DNA of 64,000 nucleotides from a bacterium (GTDB lineage Bacteria; Pseudomonadota; Alphaproteobacteria; Micavibrionales; UBA2020): NCBI GenBank assembly GCA_029945425.1, contig JAQSDV010000007.1, positions 278,325 to 342,324 of the forward strand, read 5' to 3'. Shown piece by piece: positions 48,536 to 57,537 of this stretch (position 1 is its first letter; each line of letters starts with the position of its first letter). The notes under the pieces were generated by a model. It saw only the letters and a program-made list of their open reading frames with translations, ran no database searches and was not told where the DNA came from. The position numbers and the translations under genes were made by a program.

Positions 48536-51500
48536 TCAGGTGACGATCAGGTTTCCGCTGGCAACGAGGGCCGCCTCGTTGGTGAGGCCGGTGACGCCTG
48601 TCAGCGTTGCGACTTGCGTCCATCCATAGGTAACACCCAGCCCGTCACGATCCACACTGACGATGCTGTTGGCACCGCTGTCTTCGATCTTGACAAAGTC
48701 TGTCAGGACCTTGGTCAGGGGATCATAGGCCGCCAGCAAGTCACCGAGATCGATCACGTCGGATTGACCCGTGCTGAAGTCGCTAATAGTGGCAACGCCC
48801 GTGTAGGCCGTGCCGGGGCTGAACAGGAAGATGTCCGCGTTCGCGCCGCCGGTCAGGATGTCGTTGCCGCCGCCGCCATCGAGCGTGTCATTGCCCGAAC
48901 CGCCATCTAGGGTGTTGATGGCGCTGTTGCCGGTCATGATGTTGGCAGCACTGTTACCCGTGCCATTCAGAGCCGTGCTGCCCGTCAGGATTAGGTTCTC
49001 GATGTTTACACCGAGCGTCCAGTGAACCGAGGACTGCACGGTATCCGTGCCTTCCGAGGCATTCTCGGAGACCACATCGCTCGTGCTGTCGGCGATGAAG
49101 AGGTCGTTGCCGATGCCGCCGATCAGGAGGTCATTGCCCGCGCCCCCGTCGAGCGTGTCGTTGCCGTCCCCGCCGCTCAGCGTGTTAACCGCCGCATTAC
49201 CGGTGATGGTATTGGCGACGCTGTTACCCGTGCCATTGACTGTATCGAAGCCCAGTAGTGTCAGGTTCTCGAAGTTGGTGCCGAGCGTCCAGGTCACGTA
49301 GCTTTGAACGGTGTCTGTGCCTTCCGCAGCGTTTTCCGAGACGACGTCGCTTGTGCTGTCGATGATAAAGATGTCGTTGCCGGTACCCCCGATCAGGGTA
49401 TCAATGCCTGCGCCGCCATCCAGCGTATCATTGCCACCGCCACCCGAGAGCGTATTCACGGCGCTGTTGCCGGTCATGACGTTATCAAGCGTATTGCCGG
49501 TACCGTTAATCGCGGAACTGCCGCTCAGCGTCAGGTTTTCAAGGTTCGAGCCGAGCGTCAGGGTCAGGCTGGAAAGCACGATATCCGTGCCTTCGCTGGC
49601 ATTTTCCACAATCGTGTCAGTGGCGCTATCCCAGATATAAGTGTCGTTACCCGTACCGCCCGCCAGCGTGTTGTTGCCACTGTTGCCGGTGAGGGTGTTG
49701 TCGAGGCTGTTTCCGGTCGCGTTGATGTTGGAGCTGCCGGTCAGCGTCAGGTTTTCAAGGTTCGAGCCGAGGGTCAGGGTCAGCGAGGATAGAACGGTGT
49801 CGGTTCCCTCGCTGGCATTCTCGACGATCGTGTCCGCTGCCGATGTCCAGACATAGGTGTCATCGCCAGCGCCAGCAGCAAGCGTGTTATTTCCGCTGTT
49901 GCCGGTCAGGGTGTTGTTGCCGCTGTTTCCGGTCGCGTTGATGTTGGAACTGCCGGTCAGGGTCAGGTTTTCGATGCCAGAGACGAGTGTGTAAGTGACG
50001 CTCGACTCAACGGTATCCGTGCCCGACGTGTCGATGACGATATCGCCGGCATCGTCGACGATGTAGGTATCATCGCCCCCTGCACCGGACATCGTGTCCG
50101 CACCCACAGCGCCGCTGAGGGTGTTGTTGCCGCTGTTGCCGGTGATGGTGTTGACAACGCTGTTGCCAGTCCCGTTGATGGCTGAAGTGCCCGTCAGCGT
50201 CAGGTTTTCGAAGTTCGTGCCAAGCGTCCAGGTTACGCCAGACTGGACGATATCGGTTCCTTCCGAGGCGTTTTCCGACGTCACATCGCTCGCGTTGTCG
50301 ACGATGAAGATGTCATTGCCGATGCCGCCGATCAGGGTATCGGCACCAATGCCGCCATCGAGCGTATCAGCACCATCGCCACCACTCAGGACGTTGACCG
50401 CATCGTTGCCGGTGATGATGTTATCAAGCGTATTGCCGGTTCCGTTGATGGTCGATGCGCCGGTCAGCGTCAGGTTCTCGAAGTTGCTGCCAAGCGTCCA
50501 GGTGACGGAAGACTGCACATGATCTGTCCCGCTTGCCGCAGCTTCACTGACCAAATCGCTCGCGTTGTCGACAAAGTAAGTATCATTGCCGCCGCCCCCG
50601 GTCAGGGTGTCTGCGCCAGCGCCGCCGTCGAGGGTGTTGTTGTTGCTGTTGCCTGTGATGATGTTGACGGATGCGTTACCCGTGCCGTGAATGGTGTTCA
50701 CGCCCGTCAGGGTCAGGTTTTCGACTTCGGCGGAGAGAGTATAAGTGACGCTTGTCTGCACGGAATCCGTGCCTTCGGCTGCCATTTCCGAGATGATGTC
50801 GTTCGCGTTATCCACAATATAAACGTCATTGCCGGTGCCGCCCATCAGCGTATCGGCGTTTTCCTTGCCGTCGAGCGTATCCGCGCCGCTGCTGCCGGAG
50901 AGGATGTTGATGGCGCTGTTGCCCGTGATCGTATTGTCGAGCGTGTTGCCCGTGCCATCCATGTCATCAAAGCCGTCGAGAACGAGGTTCTCGACGTTCG
51001 AACTCAGCGTCCAGCTGGTGCTGGCGATGACGGCATCGGTGCCCTCTGCGGCGTTTTCGGAGACGATGTCGGTGCCTTCGCCAACATAGTAAGTGTCGTT
51101 ACCGGCACCACCGATGAGGGTGTTATTGCCACTGTTACCCGTGATGATGTTATCGAGGGTGTTGCCGGTGCCATTAATGCTCGAGGTGCCGGTCAGGGTG
51201 AGGTTTTCGACGTTCGCGCCAAGCGTGTAAGCGAAATCGGCCTGAACGGTGTCCGTGCCTTGGGCGGACGCCTCGCTGACAGTATCGCTCGAATCGACGA
51301 TGTAAACGTCGTTATCAGCGCCGCCGATCAGAATATCCGTGCCCGCACCACCTGTCAGCGTATCGCTGCCGGCAGCGCCCGTCAGCGTGTTGTTGCCCGA
51401 GTTGCCGGTCATGACGTTATCGAGCGTATTGCCGGTCCCGTTGATCGTGCCAGAGGCCGTCAAGGTCAGGTTCTCGACGTAGTTGCCGAGCGTCCACGTA

Positions 51501-54463
51501 ACGGCGGAGAGAACCGTATCATTGCCCTCATTCGCGACTTCCGTGACTTTATCGAGCGCGTTGTCGACCACATAGGTATCGTCGCCTCCGCTGCCGATCA
51601 TGCTGTCTGCGCCGACGAGGCCATCCAGCGTGTTATTGCCGATATTGCCCGTGATCGTGTTGACAGAAGCGTTGCCGGCTCCATTGATACCTGTGCTGCC
51701 GGTCAGGATCAGGTTCTCAAGGTCGGTTGCAAGCGTATACGTCACGCCGGAGTTGACGGTGTCCGTGCCCGCTGCTGCGGCTTCAGAGACAACGTCCCCG
51801 GCATTATCAACAAAGTACACATCGTTGCCGCCGCCCCCGATGAGGGTATCCGCACCGGCATCACCGTCGAGGGTGTTTGCCGCGCTGTTGCCTGTCAGGA
51901 CGTTCACAAGGATGTTACCCGTGCCGTGGCTGGCAAGCGTGCCGCCCAGCGTCAGGTTCTCGATGTTGGTGCCCAGCACATATGTGCCGCTCGCCAGCGT
52001 AGCGAGAATGGTGTCCGTGCCTTCGGAGGCGTTTTCAGAGACGATGTCCGTCGCGCTGTCGACGAGATAGGTGTCATTCCCCTGCCCGCCGATGAGGGTA
52101 TCGACGCCCGTGTTGCCATCGAGAGTGTTAGCGCCGGTATTACCCGTCATGACGTTCGCGGAAGCGTTACCGGTGCCGTTCAGGTTGGAGCCGCCGGTCA
52201 GGATAAGGTTCTCGACGTTGGTGGCAAGCGTGATGGTTGCGCTGGACTGGACAGTGTCGGTTCCCGAGCTTGCCGCCTCGCTGACGATATCGCTACCGCT
52301 GTCTACAATATAGTAATCGTTGCCCGTGCCGCCGATCAGGGTGTTCGTGTTTGCGTTCCCCGTCAGCGTGTTGTTGCCGGTGGTGCCGGTCGCAACAAGC
52401 GCAGCGCCTGTGATGGTAAGGTTTTCGACTTCGCTCGAGATTGTGAAGTTGACGCTTGATTCAACAGTGTCGTTGCCGCCAAGCGCAGCTTCGCTGACCA
52501 CATCGCTGGCATTGTCGACGAGATAATAATCGTCACCCGTGCCGCCGATCATGGTGTCCGCGCCGGAGCCGCCGTTCAGCGTATTGTTGCCGCTGTTGCC
52601 GGTCATCGTATTGACGACGCTGTTACCCGTGCCGTTGATGTTCGAACTGCCCGTGAGGGTCAGGTTTTCGAAGTCGGTTGCCAGTGTCCAGGTGACGGAA
52701 GACTGCACGATATCCGTGCCAGCTGCCGCCGATTCCACAAGCGTATCGCTCAGGCTGTCGACGACATAGGTATCGTTGCCGGTGCCGCCCGACAGCGTAT
52801 TGGTGCCGCTGTTGCCGGAAAGGGTGTTGTTGCCGCTGTTTCCCGTCGCATTCAAGTTGGAAGAACCGGTCAGGATAAGGTTTTCAACATCCGTGCCGAG
52901 CGTGTAGGAGATGCTGGAATAAACCGTGTCGGTGCCGGAAGTGACCGCTTCACTGACGACATCGCCTGCGTTGTCCACATAATATAGGTCATCGCCCGCC
53001 CCGCCGATCATGGTATCGGCACCCGTGCCGCCATCCATCGTGTCGCTGATCGTCCCCGTGCCTGCATTCAACAGGTTATTACCGGTATTGCCGACCATGT
53101 AGTTGACGCCGGTATTGCCCGTCGCCGTCAGGTTGGAAGAGCCCGTCAGGGTGATGTTTTCGAAGCCGGTGCCGAGCGTCCAGTTGACGGTGGATATGAC
53201 GATATCCGTGCCCGAAGCGTCAGAAAGTACATCAAGGGTGTTATCCACCATAAAGGTGTCGTTGCCCGCTCCGCCGATCATGCTATCCGCACCGGTGCCG
53301 CCATCCAGCGTGTTATCGCCGCCGTTGCCTGTCAGGATGTTGACAGCCGTGTTGCCGGTTGCATTGATGTTGGCAGATCCGGTCAGCGTCAGGTTTTCAA
53401 CTTCGGCCGTCAGCGTGTACGTGATGCTCGACTGGACGGAATCCGTGCCCGATGCCGCAGCCTCGGTAACGATATCGGACGCACTATCAATGATGTAGAC
53501 ATCGTTGCCCGTGCCGCCAGCGAGCGTATTGGTGCCCGCGTTGCCGGTCAGCGTGTTCGCGAGCGTGTTGCCGGTCGCGTTGATATTGGCAGTACCTGTC
53601 AGTGTCAGGTTCTCGACGTTCGTGCCGAGCGTGTAGCTGAGGCTGGAAAGCACGGTATCCGTGCCTTCGGAAGCATTTTCAGACACGACATCGCTGGCAT
53701 TTTCAACGATATAAGTATCGTCATTGGTGCCGCCGATCATTGTATCCGCACCCGCACCGCCATCCAGCGTGTCATTGCCGCTGCTGCCGGACATGCTGTT
53801 CGCCGCACTGTTGCCGGTAAGCGTGTTTGCAAGCGTGTTACCCGTGGCATGGATAACAGAGGTGCCGGTGAGAATGATATTTTCGACGTTGCTGGCAAGC
53901 GTATGCGTCGCGCTCGCCATGACTGTATCGGTGCCCGCGCCCGAGCCTTCGCTGACGAGGTCGCTTGCGTTATCGACAATATAAGTGTCGTTGCCGAGGC
54001 CGCCGATCATGGTATCAGCGCCAGCTGCGCCATCGAGCGCGTTGTTGCCGGCATTGCCGGTCAGGACGTTGACAGCACTATTGCCGGTACCGTTGATATC
54101 GGCGGTACCGGAAAGAGTGAGATTCTCGAAGTTGGTGCCGAGCGTCGTGTTGATGCTGGCAAGTACAGTGTCCGTGCCTTCGGCAGCGTTTTCAACCAGC
54201 GTATCGAGCAGGTCCGACACCACATAGGTGTCATTGCCGGTGCCGCCCGCAAGCGTATTGACCGCGCTGTTGCCGGTCAGCGTATTGTCAGCAGAGTTGC
54301 CGGTGCCGTTAATCGCGGAAGTGCCTGCCAGGGTCAGGTTTTCGAAGTTTGTGGCAAGCGTATGGGTAAAGCTGGAGAGGACGGTATCTGTGCCCGCAGC
54401 CGCGCCTTCGACCAGCGTGTCTGCCGCGTCGCTATATATATATGTGTCGTTAACCGCCTTCTT
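48536..54463 (-). CDS. RTX-type giant repeat protein body (1975 codons open) with a type I secretion C-terminal domain. It has no usable start codon in its own frame for the first 80 codons.
   Basis: There are roughly two dozen units of about 80 aa of the form GGxGNDTYxVDxxxDxVxExxxxGTDTVxSSVxxTLxxxxENLTLTGxxxINGTGNxxxNxxTGN, with GGxGxD nonapeptide motifs. The C-terminus (ADIFLFS, DVIDLGDLLAAY, IVSVDRDG, GNLIVT) resembles the VCA0849-type T1SS target domain. The track ORF starts at a GTG at 54223, but the frame stays open and repeat-like up to the TGA at 54464-54466. Confidence 0.8.
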   Translation of the reverse strand, partial: KKAVNDTYIYSDAADTLVEGAAAGTDTVLSSFTHTLATNFENLTLAGTSAINGTGNSADNTLTGNSAVNTLAGGTGNDTYVVSDLLDTLVENAAEGTDTVLASINTTLGTNFENLTLSGTADINGTGNSAVNVLTGNAGNNALDGAAGADTMIGGLGNDTYIVDNASDLVSEGSGAGTDTVMASATHTLASNVENIILTGTSVIHATGNTLANTLTGNSAANSMSGSSGNDTLDGGAGADTMIGGTNDDTYIVENASDVVSENASEGTDTVLSSLSYTLGTNVENLTLTGTANINATGNTLANTLTGNAGTNTLAGGTGNDVYIIDSASDIVTEAAASGTDSVQSSITYTLTAEVENLTLTGSANINATGNTAVNILTGNGGDNTLDGGTGADSMIGGAGNDTFMVDNTLDVLSDASGTDIVISTVNWTLGTGFENITLTGSSNLTATGNTGVNYMVGNTGNNLLNAGTGTISDTMDGGTGADTMIGGAGDDLYYVDNAGDVVSEAVTSGTDTVYSSISYTLGTDVENLILTGSSNLNATGNSGNNTLSGNSGTNTLSGGTGNDTYVVDSLSDTLVESAAAGTDIVQSSVTWTLATDFENLTLTGSSNINGTGNSVVNTMTGNSGNNTLNGGSGADTMIGGTGDDYYLVDNASDVVSEAALGGNDTVESSVNFTISSEVENLTITGAALVATGTTGNNTLTGNANTNTLIGGTGNDYYIVDSGSDIVSEAASSGTDTVQSSATITLATNVENLILTGGSNLNGTGNASANVMTGNTGANTLDGNTGVDTLIGGQGNDTYLVDSATDIVSENASEGTDTILATLASGTYVLGTNIENLTLGGTLASHGTGNILVNVLTGNSAANTLDGDAGADTLIGGGGNDVYFVDNAGDVVSEAAAAGTDTVNSGVTYTLATDLENLILTGSTGINGAGNASVNTITGNIGNNTLDGLVGADSMIGSGGDDTYVVDNALDKVTEVANEGNDTVLSAVTWTLGNYVENLTLTASGTINGTGNTLDNVMTGNSGNNTLTGAAGSDTLTGGAGTDILIGGADNDVYIVDSSDTVSEASAQGTDTVQADFAYTLGANVENLTLTGTSSINGTGNTLDNIITGNSGNNTLIGGAGNDTYYVGEGTDIVSENAAEGTDAVIASTSWTLSSNVENLVLDGFDDMDGTGNTLDNTITGNSAINILSGSSGADTLDGKENADTLMGGTGNDVYIVDNANDIISEMAAEGTDSVQTSVTYTLSAEVENLTLTGVNTIHGTGNASVNIITGNSNNNTLDGGAGADTLTGGGGNDTYFVDNASDLVSEAAASGTDHVQSSVTWTLGSNFENLTLTGASTINGTGNTLDNIITGNDAVNVLSGGDGADTLDGGIGADTLIGGIGNDIFIVDNASDVTSENASEGTDIVQSGVTWTLGTNFENLTLTGTSAINGTGNSVVNTITGNSGNNTLSGAVGADTMSGAGGDDTYIVDDAGDIVIDTSGTDTVESSVTYTLVSGIENLTLTGSSNINATGNSGNNTLTGNSGNNTLAAGAGDDTYVWTSAADTIVENASEGTDTVLSSLTLTLGSNLENLTLTGSSNINATGNSLDNTLTGNSGNNTLAGGTGNDTYIWDSATDTIVENASEGTDIVLSSLTLTLGSNLENLTLSGSSAINGTGNTLDNVMTGNSAVNTLSGGGGNDTLDGGAGIDTLIGGTGNDIFIIDSTSDVVSENAAEGTDTVQSYVTWTLGTNFENLTLLGFDTVNGTGNSVANTITGNAAVNTLSGGDGNDTLDGGAGNDLLIGGIGNDLFIADSTSDVVSENASEGTDTVQSSVHWTLGVNIENLILTGSTALNGTGNSAANIMTGNSAINTLDGGSGNDTLDGGGGNDILTGGANADIFLFSPGTAYTGVATISDFSTGQSDVIDLGDLLAAYDPLTKVLTDFVKIEDSGANSIVSVDRDGLGVTYGWTQVATLTGVTGLTNEAALVASGNLIVT

Positions 54464-55206
54464 TCAGCGTCCGACGGATCGTGACAATGAATTTCACCGC
54501 TATTGTTGCCTAGATTTAAGAAGGCCCCCTTCTTCGGTTCCCCCAAACGATCCGGCGAATAAGGCTCGCCGAATTTATTATTATAATCATTCCGCGCTCC
54601 GTAACTGGGGTCCGCTTGATGCATAATATCATCAGTAATATCGGTAGCCTGCTCTTCCCAAAAATCCTTATGTTTTTGATCACTTAGTAGCGCAAAATTG
54701 GCATTAAATTCTTGTAATGACCCCTGCTGCGCGTACCAATTCAAGAATTGAGCGACATGAACCATTTCATGAGCAAAAGCAGCCTCAAGTGTATAGGGTT
54801 TCACGTCATCAAGAATACCGTCTTGATTGGTATCCACCTGTATAGATGTTTGATTGTTAAACATCTGAGTTGATAAGTAAATTTTCATCTCAGGAGGCGG
54901 GCCTGGCAATACAGAGAATACGTCTGAGCCGGTGTTACTATCAGTGACGATAATTTTAAGCGTTGGTGTAGCCAACCCATTCGGATGCACAAAGCTCTTG
55001 AAGTGGTCCATTAGAACACTAAAAGTTCCAAGGCCACCGTTATTAGTGACACCATATAATTCATTGATAGCGGTGTTTACGGAAGCTTCAGTAATCCCAG
55101 TAAGGGTCGCGCTTCGCACTACGTCGGTTGAAGGTAATATTCCGTCGTTATTATAATCGTATTGCTCTCCGCCCTTGAGATCGAGAGAAAAATTATTACA
55201 TGACAT
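54334..55206 (-). CDS. HExxH-motif protein with two EF-hand-like loops, probably the displaced N-terminal module of the RTX protein
   Basis: It carries AFAHEMVHVAQF plus DYNNDGILPSTD and DTNQDGILDDVK, and has no signal peptide. The last 40 or so residues are out-of-frame translation of repeat DNA. Confidence 0.6.
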   Translation of the reverse strand: MSCNNFSLDLKGGEQYDYNNDGILPSTDVVRSATLTGITEASVNTAINELYGVTNNGGLGTFSVLMDHFKSFVHPNGLATPTLKIIVTDSNTGSDVFSVLPGPPPEMKIYLSTQMFNNQTSIQVDTNQDGILDDVKPYTLEAAFAHEMVHVAQFLNWYAQQGSLQEFNANFALLSDQKHKDFWEEQATDITDDIMHQADPSYGARNDYNNKFGEPYSPDRLGEPKKGAFLNLGNNSGEIHCHDPSDAERRRLTTHIYIATRQTRWSKARLRAQIPSSPALPIRLPQTSKT

Positions 55207-55219
55207 TTATATACCCTGC

Positions 55220-56557
55220 CTATTCTTCCAATTTTTCTATACGTTTCCAGCACTCATCCGAGCTTAACAGCTTGTCTAACACCTGATACTTGTCCATTCC
55301 CGGCTTCAACAACGGGCAATAAAGAAGAGAGACAAGACTTCGGTCATATGCCTGTAGCCCATCATACAAACGATCAGCAACATTGTAATCGCCCAGTTCT
55401 TTGGAAGTCAGAAAAGTTACACGCCCGGAGGGTCTGACATCTTTCCAATTATCTAAAGCCGTCGTTTTTGCGATTTTGTCATAGGCCTTGTTCCAGTTAC
55501 CCAAAACTGCCTTTTCTCCCGCACTTAGCATTTCGGGTATTCCCAGAGCCCTAACCAAGCACTCTGTCACCATTGCTTTCGCCAAAGCATCGCCTGCTTC
55601 GGTCATGGGATTACAAACAACGAGCCCGATTGAACTATCGGCCTCCGGAAGCAGAAAACCTCCTACCTGTGATCGCGAGTAGGGCGTAAAAGAAATGGCT
55701 CCGAAAAGATCGTCGATATACTCTATGAAAGACCATTTACTGCGAAGGGAGAGGCTAGGACTTTTATTCCGCTTGAACTGCGCTCTTGTCTTGCCGTCAA
55801 TTTCCGCAACGAAGACGCTACCCGAAGGGATTATTCTTATGCGGGCAAAATCCTCTGTTTGATCTATCGGGTCTTTTGGCCCCACAAACTTGACCGGAAG
55901 TCCCGTTAACTTTTCCAAATCAGGCAATATCTTCTCCACCTGCCTCTGGATGACTTCGTAACTTTCTGGCGGAGTCCTTATTGTACCGATGTAGGGAAGG
56001 CCCGAACTATCTTTGTAATCAAACTTATTGTAAGCTGGCCAATCGATACCTACTGATATCCCCTTTGTCCACTTGGTAAGCGTATTATGGCGAGGAAAAC
56101 CATCTTTGCGCGCAACGTAAGGCCACAGCCATGGGGCTTCTTTCTCGAATTCGCTCTCCAAAGAGGGATCAATATTATGGGCGCTATATAAATCGTAGCT
56201 TCGGACTAGCTGCGAGAAAATATCTAATTCAGCATCAACCGCATTAGTACTTTTATATTGCTCATTCCAAAGAGTGTCAGAAAATGCGATAGATACGAAA
56301 TCGCGAAGTATTTGTGATTTTGTATATTTGGCACCGCCTATCATATAGGTTCGAGTCGTAGATGTGTCCGCTATTGCAGAATGATAGTTCATTAGAACGG
56401 TCGACAACAGCAAGACTACTTGTAAAAAACAAATACAAGTCAATTTGCGTTCTGCTAGTAAGTGCCGTAGCGCATACCCATTCCCATGACCATGGGACTT
56501 TTTGGACATTTTAAAATTTTGAGTCAAAACGCATTTTAAATACTGCTTTAACTTCAT
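55220..56557 (-). CDS. Hypothetical membrane-anchored or secreted protein (445 aa), faintly DUF2927-like
   Basis: It has an N-terminal hydrophobic segment (LTCICFLQVVLLLSTVLM). It ends 13 nt before the HExxH ORF start. TECLVRALGIPEM resembles the conserved DUF2927 segment, from memory only. The gene is AT-rich. Confidence 0.5.
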   Translation of the reverse strand: MKLKQYLKCVLTQNFKMSKKSHGHGNGYALRHLLAERKLTCICFLQVVLLLSTVLMNYHSAIADTSTTRTYMIGGAKYTKSQILRDFVSIAFSDTLWNEQYKSTNAVDAELDIFSQLVRSYDLYSAHNIDPSLESEFEKEAPWLWPYVARKDGFPRHNTLTKWTKGISVGIDWPAYNKFDYKDSSGLPYIGTIRTPPESYEVIQRQVEKILPDLEKLTGLPVKFVGPKDPIDQTEDFARIRIIPSGSVFVAEIDGKTRAQFKRNKSPSLSLRSKWSFIEYIDDLFGAISFTPYSRSQVGGFLLPEADSSIGLVVCNPMTEAGDALAKAMVTECLVRALGIPEMLSAGEKAVLGNWNKAYDKIAKTTALDNWKDVRPSGRVTFLTSKELGDYNVADRLYDGLQAYDRSLVSLLYCPLLKPGMDKYQVLDKLLSSDECWKRIEKLEE

Positions 56558-57040
56558 AGAAACTGATTCCTATATAACTAATAATTGCAGAGATACTCTC
56601 TCTAAAAAGTTCCCTGCTGTCAAAGGCGCTATGGATAAAAATGCAAATAAAGTTCACAGACAACAGCATTCGTGAAATTTCCGCATACGCATGTATGTAA
56701 TGCGGCTTGGAAAAACCTGATGTTGAGTGCTCAAAAAAATAGCGTGATGATGATGGCGGGGCATCTCCTCCCTGAGGCCGCGCCCACTGATATGTATAAA
56801 CTACATAATATCAATACTCCCCCTTCTTAAGCCAATTTAAATAGAGCAATGTTTGAAACAGTACCAGGATCTGCGAACTCCCCAGAAGATTGTGTAGGTT
56901 GTTCGGTATAACGTGGCTTGCACGCAGGAACCGCGATGCAGGCACGCGAGTTGCGGAAAATGGCTTTGGCTCAAAAAACGATGGTCACCCCCCCCCATTT
57001 GGGAGTCCACCCGCAATAGGTACGTTTCCGCTTGTGGTCT

Positions 57041-57537
57041 TCACCCAATCTTCGGACCATCGGCTGAGAGAAAATCCAGCCTTGGATTGCTGCCCTGGCT
57101 AGCCAGGGCAGCAAATTCTGCGGGCGTTTTATTGCCGATCGCGGAATGAGGACGGGCGGTGTTATAGTCTCGCCGCCAGCTCTCGATTTTCAGTTTAGCA
57201 TCGCTCAGATTTAAAAACCAGCTTGCGTTCAGGCACTCCTGACGGAAGCGGCTGTTGAAGCTTTCGATGAAGGCGTTGTCTGTCGGTTTTCCGGGCCTTG
57301 AGAAGTCGAGCGTGACGCCGTGCGTGAAGGCCCACAGGTCGAGTTCCTTCGAGATAAACTCAGGCCCGTTGTCGACACGGATGGTTTTCGGCATGCCGTA
57401 TTCCCTGACAGCCTCCTCCAGAGTTCCCACGACATCCGCCGCACGGTATTGAAAACCGACGCCAATCGCCGGCGACAGCTTGCTGAAAGCATCCACAATG
57501 GTAAGGCAGCGCAGTCGCTGGCCGTTGTAGAGGTTGC
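57041..57537 (-). mobile_element. IS3-family transposase fragment (C-terminal part of OrfB only)
   Basis: It carries the rve core (RLRCLTIVDAFS, TIRVDNGPEF, RPGKPTDNAFIESFNSRFRQECLN, RPHSAIGNKTPAEF). There is no OrfA and no N-terminal half, and an in-frame stop lies directly upstream of NLYNGQ. Confidence 0.75.

Noticed and set aside
54433-54443. The (TA)5 dinucleotide tract in the RTX junction as the frameshift or phase-variation site.
   Set aside because: The repeat-frame homology (VNDTY) already begins upstream of the tract in gene orientation. The frame change must therefore occur before it, at 54452-54463, and the tract simply encodes Y-I-Y.
48536-54463. The periodic DNA repeats of the RTX gene as a CRISPR-like or satellite array.
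   Set aside because: The periodicity is coding (units of about 240 nt in one continuous open frame). The units have diverged at the DNA level and have no spacer-repeat structure.
57360-57537. The C-terminal 60 residues of the 410-aa track ORF as part of the methyltransferase.
   Set aside because: This stretch is out-of-frame read-through of the IS3 transposase fragment, and methyltransferase homology stops at about 57540.
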